54,623 nucleotides of DNA from Aplysia californica (Eukaryota), in the NCBI RefSeq assembly GCF_000002075.1, contig NW_004797658.1:125706-180328 (forward strand). The letters are read 5' to 3'. The position numbers and the translations under genes are program-made. Below the pieces are notes generated by a model that did no database searches, had not been told where the DNA came from, and saw only the letters and a program-made list of their open reading frames with translations. Shown here piece after piece: positions 40,553 through 51,600 of the stretch. How positions within the stretch are numbered: position 1 is the first letter of the stretch; each line of letters begins with the position of its first letter.

Positions 40553-43500
40553 TTAAACTTGCTTGTTGAATTTAAAAAAAAATGCCAATACCAGGGTTTA
40601 CAAAAGTCCAGAGCACAGTCCATGTGACTTTACGCTATCCACTAAAATAAATATCCAGTTGAATACAATACATTTTAAAAATGTCCCCTTTTTGCATTTG
40701 TGGAGGAGCAAAGTACACACCAAAATGTCACATCAGATGATGCACTAAGAACCGCAGTGCCATTGTTGTTAATTTAAATTAGCTCCCTACAAGATAAATT
40801 TATTCAAATCAGCATTATTGTCAAAGGAAGACGAGAAAAATCCTTAATTAATTTTCCACAGGCTGACTTGCAAAATATAAGCCATGAGGTACCTTGCTTT
40901 TCTTTGAGCAAAATAATGATCTACTACAGTAAGAACAAAAGTAAACACCCTTTGGTTACAAAAATATTTTTGTTACTTTTCTTTGTAAAAAAAAGTTTCA
41001 TGTAAATCAATTGGGTACAGGTTACTCTCAAGAAAACCGCAGAGTCCCTTTAAGCAGGTAAAGTGGAGTTATGCCAAAATGTTCTGCTCTGGGTGAGGAC
41101 CCCTCTCCCCCCTACCCCCCCCCAAAAAAACAAACAAACAACAACAACAACAAAACTAGCATTTTTAATTAAATGCAGAACCTCAACTGACAATAACCTT
41201 CCTGCAAAAATCAACACCCAGTTACTAAAATGTAAGTTGCAACCGGAATGGCTCATGATGCTCCTCACATACTTCATACTCCAATCTCAAATTTTATGAA
41301 TCTTGCTCATCAAAAAACACACCAAAAGAAAAATTGGCACTCTAGTAATTTATTTAAAGGTAAGTATGTTTCTTCCTCCATACTAAGTTAAACAAGAGTT
41401 ACATTCTTAGTTTTTGTTTTAGAAGAGGTTTTACGGTGTTCGCAACCGTATAAGGTCATATGCGTGCCATGAGCTACATTCAAAAACTTTAGAAGACGAC
41501 TTTTTTCTGACGAACAAACAATATTTAGCTATACAAAAGTTCAGTCTATAAAACATGACAAACCCAAAAAAAAACAATTCAGTCAAGTAATTAAAGTATT
41601 TAAAGTCATTTGTTTAAAAATCCACAAGGAAGGTAAGCTGAAAAGTTTTGCTATCCTGCCATAGTATTTCTTATCCATGTAAGTGAAGATGAAAAAAATT
41701 ATCTGGTCATCTGGGAACAACTAGGCACCCCCATACAGATTTCATTCATCTTGAAACACCTGGAGTCCACCAATGATAAACCAAACATCTTCAAGACCAC
41801 CAAAATCTCTTTTGAACCACAGATAAAAATTTGTTTGGAGACCAAGAACCCCCCCCCCAAACCCCAAAACCTCACTGGTCACTAGTTTATATGACAACAG
41901 TAGCTGCATATCATATGCTAGTGCTGTGTGACTGTGACCCAACTGAAAGGCCCTGACAGAAAATGACCCCACAAAAAACCCATGGCACCATCAGTATGGT
42001 GGTGAATGATGATTGGACAGATTTATAAGTGATTTCAGACATAAGCTCTCACAATAACATACACAGAAGTCAAAGCTGATCACCATCAAACAAAGAAACA
42101 AAACCTGTGCTGTATAATATAACCTCTCAAACATGTAAATTAGTCACAGCTGTCACATACATTTCACCACTGTCATCATTCTGAAGTTTTTTTTGTAAAG
42201 GTGGGATTTTGACTCTATGAACATGTCATTAGAGCTAAAAATACGAAAGACAAAAACCCAGCTGACAATAACCCAAAATATGAGGTAGCACATAATAGAC
42301 ATTCACAAATAGTAATGTTATACACACAGGACTTGTCTTCTTTGTAAATGGCAAACTCTGACACTGCTGTAAGGCTTTACTTGTCTATCCAATGGATTGA
42401 AGCTGTTCATACACAATCCAAAACAAGATGAAAGCATCGCGTAAATATTACTTTCAACAAGAAAAAAAAAAGACTACATGATGACTTCTGGGATATGACA
42501 TCATACCATCCATTTCACAATTACAGCAAAGTACATATTTTTAAATTTAACTTTTCAATGCATGTGAAAACAAATCCTCAAAGCCAGCAAAGATTTTGTA
42601 CAACAACGCTAAAGACCCAAACATGTTAAATACGGTCTACATATTTCCAAAAGAGTTTGCTCTGAAAAAAAAAAAAAAGCCATCCATCCACAGCAGACCT
42701 TGTAGCAATGGGTACAGCCGTTGCAAGTACACAACCAAAATTTCAAAAGAACTTATATTTTGTTTCCCCACTTCAATTCCAAATGACAAGCACAGTTCCA
42801 AACATTACATATATCTTTTCTGAATTTAGGAAAAACAAGAAATTATCTGCCTCTCCATGACCATATTATAATGAAACAATAACACAGAATTGAGAAACAG
42901 TCAAACAGCTGGCCAGCATCAGGGGGATCTGGCTTTCCAAGGAGTTTTATAGAGATATATTCACAGGGCCAGTGGATAGGAAGTCAAAGTCACCAACAAA
43001 AATGGACTGGAAGGTGACATTTGAACATTCCCCGCAGTATGGATATTATAATAATAAAAACATTAGAGCTGACAAGACCTGAAATAATAATAATATTCAA
43101 AAAAAGTTTTCAACATTAGCATTCTTGAGAATTTAGTTGGGACTCTCATTTTGCTACATGACAAGTTAGTGTACAGACAATTACTGATGATTCAAACAAG
43201 TGTTAAAGTGTTAAATACTGTTGGTCTTGTCTGAACAATTGATTTCGCATTACAATCAGATCAGAAAAAGCAAAATCCACCCACAATTATTAGCTGAATA
43301 TTTTGATAATGGGTGTACACTTAATTTACAAAAGTAAAAGAATAAAACCCAACCACACCCGCCTGGACCTAAGCCTACAGAAAAAAATTTTTTTTCTCCG
43401 AAAACATCCATAAAAAGTAGAAGCAACAAAGTTCTCCAATGAAATGAACATATTTTCAAAGACGATGAATCGAAAGAGAAAACTGAAAACCTGTTCCATC

Positions 43501-44267
43501 ACCTAATGATCAACATACCTCAACTAAAAATGTTTGTAACCATAAATTATAAATACAATATGAAAAGTATTCAAATTTTATATAGCTTGATGACAGCTTT
43601 CAAAGTTTTCCAACCATAGTTTACAATCCAACACAAGCAATAAAGTAAAGCATGAATTTCCAAAAAAAATTCAAGGCTAACAACTAAACACGAAAAAACG
43701 AAAAATTTAACACCCCCTCCCCAATTTGGACACATTCACAGTATGGAAACATGAGAAAAGCAGATCATTTGTAGAAAGAACAAAGCTGAAATGAATATAG
43801 TTGGGCCCAAAACTAATTTTAAGCAAATTCAAGAGCTTTTATTTAATGCTACAAGAGTACCGACACAGTTTAGCCTGTAATCAGTTTAGGAATCTTTAAG
43901 AGCGAATCAAAATGATGACAGTTTGGCGTTCACAACAAGTCACGTACACGGGATGTTATTCCTTCATTAAATTAACAAATGACACCAAACACACGCAGCA
44001 CTCAACATTCACCATTGTATTAGTGCTTTTCCTTTCTTTGACAAGTCTGAAAACCGGATTCATTTGGGTAGGAGATATATTTGATCTCAGCTTTAAAATA
44101 TCCATTCCTTCATGGGACTTCTTTCCTAAACTGTATACACATATGAGTCTACATCCTAACCCACGAAGACTGTTTCAAATGGTATCACTGCTCCCTGCTT
44201 CAGTTCATGACGATCAGTGGGACACTGTAACGGTGTAACAGTGAGATGAAGTCCAAAATTTAATAAC

Positions 44268-45248
44268 TCAGCCTCTACCTGCCGTCGGAGCAGCAGTTGT
44301 TGTGCACTGTGCTACCTGTGCTGCCTTTTGTTTCAGCATGGTCCAGTCAAATGTGTAGTCGTACTGGTAGTTGAGGGTTCTAAATAGGATTCTGAACAGT
44401 TGACGTAGATACATATAATCAGGAGCTTCCTCAAATCGAAGACCACGACAATAATTCAAATACATGGCAAATTCAGCAGGGAAGCCTTTGCAAAGGACCT
44501 CAACTGGAGTTGACATTTTCTTTTCACTGATTTTCTCGTATTTCTGCTTCTTGGTGTTGGCTTTTAACCCTTGCCACGGGAGGCTGCCTCGATTGAAATA
44601 CATCAGAACATAGCCAAGTGACTCCATATCATCTCTTCGACTCTGTTCAATACCCAGGTGGGCGTTGATACTAGCATACCGGGCTGTTCCTGTCAGGTTT
44701 TTATCCTCGCGGTAGGGGATGTGCGTACGGGTTCGGCTGTCTCTGTACTTTTTAGCCAAACCGAAATCAATGAGGAAGACTTTATTGCAATGTCTTCCTA
44801 TTCCCATTAGGAAATTATCAGGCTTAATGTCTCTGTGAATGAAATTTTTGTTGTGGACATATTCAATACGTCCAATCATTTGATCAGCAAGCATGAGAAC
44901 AGTTTTCATTGTGAACCTCCTGGAACAGAAGTTGAACAAGTCTTCCAGGCTTGGCCCCAGAAGATCCATGACAAGAATGTTGTACTCTTTTTCCTGACCA
45001 TAGTATCGAATGTGAGGAATGCCTACACCACCTTGAAGAATTTTGTACAACTTACTCTCATACAACAGTTGAGGGTGTCTGGCTTTACAAGATTCCAGTT
45101 TCACAGCAACCTCTTCGCCGTTTGTTATGTTGATACCCAGATAAATGTCACCGAAGGAACCACTGCCGATTTTACGGACAAGTCTATACTTAAGTCCAAC
45201 GATAAACTCGCCAGATTGTTTTCCTGAACGTTCCTGTTGCTGCTCCAT
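44268..45248 (-). CDS. CSNK1A1: Casein kinase I isoform alpha, uninterrupted ORF, 326 aa
   Basis: Complete kinase domain: [41 protein letters not shown]. Alpha-specific segments [42 protein letters not shown]. First ATG at 45248 in ACCATGG context; the ORF-track start at 45278 is a GTG. Confidence 0.97.
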   Translation of the reverse strand: MEQQQERSGKQSGEFIVGLKYRLVRKIGSGSFGDIYLGINITNGEEVAVKLESCKARHPQLLYESKLYKILQGGVGIPHIRYYGQEKEYNILVMDLLGPSLEDLFNFCSRRFTMKTVLMLADQMIGRIEYVHNKNFIHRDIKPDNFLMGIGRHCNKVFLIDFGLAKKYRDSRTRTHIPYREDKNLTGTARYASINAHLGIEQSRRDDMESLGYVLMYFNRGSLPWQGLKANTKKQKYEKISEKKMSTPVEVLCKGFPAEFAMYLNYCRGLRFEEAPDYMYLRQLFRILFRTLNYQYDYTFDWTMLKQKAAQVAQCTTTAAPTAGRG

Positions 45249-45600
45249 GGTTGAATATTCGCTAATTTCACGAATCACTCAAAGTCAAATCTCACAAATT
45301 TCTCTTTCTACTGACGGAATCTGGTTGCCATCTTGGGTGTTGCAGCACAGCAAATCGTATCCCATAGTTCCACTTTACCATAATCCCGCACAACGCCCTA
45401 CTGCGCATGTTTTACCGGAAGTGAAATTAAAGGAAAAGGAAAAAAACCGGAAGATCAGTGTTGACGACAAAGAGGCAAGCCTGGAACACCGTGGGCCAGT
45501 TATAGCACAGTGCCATTCAGGAAGCGATGTTGTTGTGACGGAAACTGTTGGATTTGTGCATTGAACGAGTGTTGTTTCCATTTTGGAAATTTCTGCAAAA
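45249..45600. promoter_or_regulatory. Bidirectional promoter and 5' UTRs shared by CK1alpha and LPCAT
   Basis: 352 bp between divergent ATGs. ETS/GABP ACCGGAAGTG at 45414-45423 and ACCGGAAG near 45446, NRF1-like TGCGCATG at 45402-45409, ZNF143-like TACCATAATCCCGCA near 45376, YY1-like GCCATCTT near 45327. Confidence 0.75.
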
Positions 45601-48600
45601 ATGAAGCGTAACCAAATGCCACGCCAGAAGTCGCTGGTTGGACCAGACATTCAAAATCCGTTTGTGCATAAGATGCATTTCACTTTCCTGGACAAGTTGC
45701 AGGTTTGTTTACAGTTTCTTAGTAACTTGCACACACTACTCTGACTACTGTAGTGGAGTTCCACACTGCTTCTAAAAAAATCGAAAGATATGAGAATAAT
45801 CATAAATCAAAGTATATGTCATACTATGACTATCTTTTATTCTTCTAGATCTAATCTAGATCTAGATTCTAGATTATATATCTATAATCTAGATCTGCAA
45901 TTAGGCTATCGGCTATCGTCTTGGAAGTTGTTAAATCTATATTTCTTAGATCTAGAATCTAGATCTAGATCTAGATCTAGATATCTAGATCTAGATGTAG
46001 ATCTAGAATAGATCTAGATCTAGAAAAATCTAGATCTAGATCTATATCTAGATCTAGATATCTAGAACTTGGAAGATTTGTTATTAAATTAATAATTAGG
46101 CTAGATATCTAGTTAATAGTTTAGTTTAGTAGTAGGCCATAGATCTAGATTCTAGATATATAGATCTAGATCTAGATCTAGATCTAGATCTAGTACTTTT
46201 AATTTTAACCACACAAATGAATGATGATAACGTTGATCTAGCATCAAGACCAGATCTGGAGCTAGATCTAGATCTAACTTTCTATCGCTTGGTCACATAC
46301 ACTAGATCTAGACTATCTAGATCTAGATCTACCATACTAATCTAGATCTAGATCTACAATTCTACATGATACATTTGGCCATCACCCCCTGCCAACTATC
46401 GACCACTGTTAATAGTTAATGTCATTGTGGTATTTTTTTACTTTCCCTCCCGTCTCTCACTCAGCTACCAGTTGTCTATTTTCTACTAAATATTGGTGCG
46501 CTGAATACGAATATCAACTTCATTTCCGTTGCAAATTAATGGTTTTTGAAATATTTGATTGTTTTTAACCGAGATAGACATGCTTTGGACCAATCGGGGG
46601 GTTCCAGGGGGGCCTGCCCCACTGGGGTAAAAGAAAATCTGGGGGGTTACAGGGGGGCATGCCCCCCTGTTTTTACACCCGTAATTTGATATTTTACAGT
46701 TAGATTTGAAATTGTCTTGAAAATAATTGATTTGCGACAGTTTTAGTGGCTTTATGTGTGATCTGCAGCAAACAGTACAGCAGTTTGACCCCTGAAACAG
46801 TGCATCTGTGTGTGGGAGTGAAAGTAAAAATTTACCGTCATTGTCAACGGACGATAAGAATAAGATTTTAAGATTATTGTACTCTATTACACATATTAAA
46901 TAAACATTCTCTAAGTCAAGCTCATTTTCACTTCGTCTGCCCCCCCCCCCCCCCCCCCACACCAATATTTATTATCAACAAATCTCGAGAACGGAAACCG
47001 TTCGAAGAAATAAAGTTCAAGTTTATTTTCCTGAACGTTCTGAGAAATACAGCCGGCCAAAAAACCCCCCCCAACCAGACAACTGTTACCCACTGTCACC
47101 AGTCAAGCCCAGTGTGATTCTTTGTCCAGAAACATTGAAATAATATATAGGCCAATGGTATAGATTCTAGTTCAACAAAAAATACCCCAGTGAAATTCTG
47201 ATTTGAAAATGTTTAATTTATGTTATAATGTCCTTTGTTGATTACTTAAAATTTTTAATGCTGTGCCGTTTTGTTTACCCTTTCACTTTAAAAAAATGTA
47301 TTATCATTTCGCAAATTTAGTTATGAAGTTTTTGAAAATCAAATTGCCTTGCCTTTGCCTTAGAATGCCTTATTAATTATCTTTTAAATTATAAGAAAAG
47401 TAATTGCAACAACTTAACAAAATGGAAAGAGTAGGGCTTTTGCAAAGTAAGTCCACACATGGTAAAAATATGTGTCACGACACGGTAGAATCTGTCGCTC
47501 ATCAATTTTTGGGCCTCTGGAGTTATTGGTATAATCTTAACTCCTTCGCTACGTATGAGATGATGACAAGTGGGCAGTTAAAAGGTCTTTGGGGCCACAA
47601 ATTCAAATAAATATCAACGTATTATATATACCAATATTTTCAACATGGTTTGTAGAATACATCTGTAATGTTTATTTATGTATTTTTCAACTTTGGTTCC
47701 TGTAAGAGACGATTATGCAACACAATTTTGATAGGATGCGGATAAAATTTGAAAATAAAAAATTAATAATCTTTGGTGAAACTCAAAAAATATGTTTGCC
47801 CCTAGTCAAATGATACATCAAAATAACCATAAATGAATAGAACTGGAAAATATTGAAAAGTTTGCAGTTATTTACCTACATTCCATAATATTTGTACATT
47901 GAACATAACATCCGATATGAAATAAAAAGAAGAAATTTACGAGTCCCATCGAATCAATATCATAAAAAAGAGTCCTACATTTCTTTAGTGGGCAAAATAA
48001 TGATAGATTTTGTTGTTTAAAATTAGTAAGACTGGTGTCCGGGCTATAATATTGGCATCGCGATAAAACAAAAGTCGAATAAACTTGGAAATCGCGTTTC
48101 AAAACTGAATCTAAGTTTCCGATTTTCAGTGGAAATGCTTGACCCGGAAGTCAACATTATATTATGACGTATATTTTAACATGGATATGTTGATTGGAAT
48201 AGAATCTAAGCTAAAATTGAAGATCGGTTCTCGAGCCGGCGGCGGCGGCTTAGCTATGTACTGACGGCACTTTAATTTAGCCCCCCCCCACGGCTCGGGT
48301 TAGCGAATGAGTTAAAGCTTGTTTATTTAACCATCTTTTGATAAAAGAAAATACACTCCTATCTTGAATAGGAGTCAAGATATTTGCCATTTAAAGGAGG
48401 TTGAGGTCGCCTAGTTTGAGAGGTAAAATTAGTGCAAAAATGGCTGACAAAGTTTGGTAATTTCCAAAGCTTGAGAGTCCTTGGAAACTGAAAATTTACA
48501 TTTGTTGGGCCTTGAATCAATGTTTTTCAGTAAAATCCACTCAGCGTTTTTAAATGGACATGAAAGGTGTTAAACAAACAAACAAAATTTAGAAAAAATG

Positions 48601-51600
48601 GTCAAACTGGAGGGAAAATGCTGATATTTCGATTTCATCATTTTGACAAGCACCTGAATCCTGATTTCACTATGATGCCTCACATATCATACTCATGGAA
48701 TTTTTGGAAGGTCTTCTGTAACAAACGACCATCCCAACAAACACAAATTGAAGAAACCTAACTCTAACCCTTCCCCAAAACCTTACTGATTCATAGTGGT
48801 CACTAATTGCGTAATTCCTCTCAAACTTTTAAAGACAAATTCTAAAAGATCAAAATCAGTCATTAGTGGACATTTTCTTCAACAGTTTTTCAGGATTCTT
48901 GTGTTTGAGACCAGTCCATGCTAATTTTTTGCACATTGGCATAAAATTCCAATTTAATTTCCTTATATCAACAGTGCATTAAAATATAGAAAATAAAACA
49001 AAAACCCAATTAACAATAAAGGTAGCCTGCAGCAGTTTGATTAAATTTATATACTTTTAATGTAACAACACATCTCACGATTATTTTGCTTGTAAAGTTT
49101 ACTTGCTAGAAATTTTGTCTTTTGGGGGGGGGTGGGGGGGTTATGAAGTTAAAACTTGCTTTAAAATAGGTTTGCACTCACAGTTCCTTTTTAAACTTGT
49201 ATACATTTCTCATCTGTTTTTATTTATTTGGCAGTATATTTATGGCTTGTGCCACGGGCTGTTGGCTAAAACAGCACCTGGACATGGGTGGCTGGTGCCT
49301 CTATAAATAAATCATTGATGGTCAAGGCCACGGGCTGTTCAGAGATAAGGCAGCAAATGTAAAATATTATTATTTCTACTGTTATGCAAAAATCTTATAG
49401 TAGTGCTTTCACATTCAATTTTCATATATATATATATATTTATATTTTCTTCATTAGGTGGTGCTGATGTCCATTACAATCGCCCCTATTCGCCTCATAT
49501 TGGTTATACTTCTCTTGTTGATGGTTTGGCCTATTGTGACCTTGGCCGTTGCTTTTCGTTCAGAAGAGGATAAAACAAAACCTTTGTCAGGCTGGCGCAC
49601 GTAAGTTCGCTTTGTATCTTTAGTAACCCCTTTTGTTGGTCCTTTCTGAGTGTTTCACTTTTGTACTTTGTTTTAACCTGAGTGACTCCAAACACAGAAA
49701 CCATTAGTCCAAACCCCCCCCCCCCCCCCTCCCAAACTCTTTTTGCAAATATCTGTGTAGACAATAAACTATAAACCCAGATCACTGAGTAAACCTTTGG
49801 CACTTAACTGTACACATTTTAGTCATAATGTATGTTTAAACAATTTTTCATGATTGCCTTCATTATCTGTTGGAATTGTATCTGTTTTTGAAACACAATT
49901 GTTGTTACCACAGTTAGCAAAAAAGCAGTTTTGGAGTGAAATCATATATTTTCTTACCTCCCTTTGATTCCATCTGAGTCCATTTCTATATTCCTGTATC
50001 CCACAGCCTTTCGTTATTTATAAATTACTTCTTTTTTTTCATAATAATAATACACTAAATTGTATTGAAAAGTAAATTTGCAGTGATTAGTAGCTATGAT
50101 GAAGTGTTTGACTGTACTTGTTTGGGCTTTCCCAAGAAGCTCACCAAACTACTCGAGAGGGTGGATATAAAGTGAAAATAAAGTGCAACCTTAAAAAAAC
50201 CCTTTAAACTTCAGTGAACCTGTTCTCCTTTGCCTGCCATCTGGTATTGTCAGTTGTGGGTATTGCAGCCATTGAATATTGGTCTCATGTTTGTGTGTGC
50301 GTGTGATTTGTTTTTCTTTGCTGCTATGTGATCATAACGGAAATGTTTCATTTCATAATTTTTTTTTTTTCTGTAGACTTTTGAGACCTATTATCCTGTT
50401 GCTTTGCCGGAGCGTGTTTTTTGCTGGTGGTCTGTATTTTGTGAAGGCGCGCGGCCGACAGGCCAGTGCTAAGGAGGCCCCCCTCCTGCTGGTTGCCCCC
50501 CACTCCTCCTTCATTGATGCGTTGCCAGTTGTGTATCTAGGGCTCACCTCCGTGGTGTCTAAAGCCTCACTGCAGAAGGTTCCTATTTTTGGAAGTATGT
50601 CCTGGGTTTTTCAACTTTACTGCTCTTCTTTGGTGTATTGTAATGTCTGTTCTCGTTCAGTTGTCTGTTGAGGTTAAAAAGACAGTACTAGTACTCACCT
50701 GACTTTGGTTCTTTTTAATGTTGCATACATGTGAGGGACTACAGTGGTCTCAGAATTGAGTGGTTCCATGAGAAACTTGTCAAACAAGTGAGAGAAGGGC
50801 GTTTGACATGTTGTAGCCAAATAGCCGGGGAAAATGTTTTGTCTTGTTGTTGTTTTTCTGCTGTCTTCCTTGACTTTTTCTGCCAAGAGTCACTGAAGAC
50901 TTCTGTGACTTATTCATGACACGCCTACCTAGTGCAACAGACAGACTCTCTGGCGTATGGAATGTCCTTGTACTTCATGTTAGCGTTAACATGACTTGCT
51001 GACCTCAATTATCAATTTCAGATTGGCGTGTGAAGGTCTCTCTTCTCTATACGGTGCACCATTTTTCTTTCTTTTTTTGTTGTTTTGTTTTTGTTCTTGT
51101 TATAAGTTTATGCAGTATCTTTTTGTTGTTACTTTTAAAAAAATAATGTGAGCTTCTTGTTGCTTTTTTGAAGATTAATTAATGTTTCTGGAATGCTATT
51201 TTAAAGGGTGAAATTGAAACTCCTTAGGGTCAGCTAACAGATCTGATGTATAGGTTAACCTTATTTATTGCAGTCTTGTGGTTAGGTTGGCAGACTCATG
51301 TAGTTAGGTTACTGGACTCTGTGGTTTAAATCCTAGTCAAACATTGTGCACAAATTCTCCTCACTTGATCCAGATGGAAATGGGTACCTGACGTAAACAG
51401 TAAAAGGTTGTTCTGATGAAGCTCGGAATATCAGAATGTTTGTTTAGTAATAATAAGCTGTTGAGTGTAGAGCCTTCTGTGGTATAGGGGTGTGCACTAG
51501 ATAAATACTGGCTGTTGTTAATGTTGCGTCCTGCTGCAACAAGTAAAAGGTATAATAAATATGTTGATGTGATGGGTTTTTTGGGGGGGTATTGTTGTTA

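Noticed and set aside
44835-45564. Plus-strand ORFs of 130 and 139 aa overlapping CK1alpha
   Set aside because: Antisense shadows of the kinase ORF with no independent homology.
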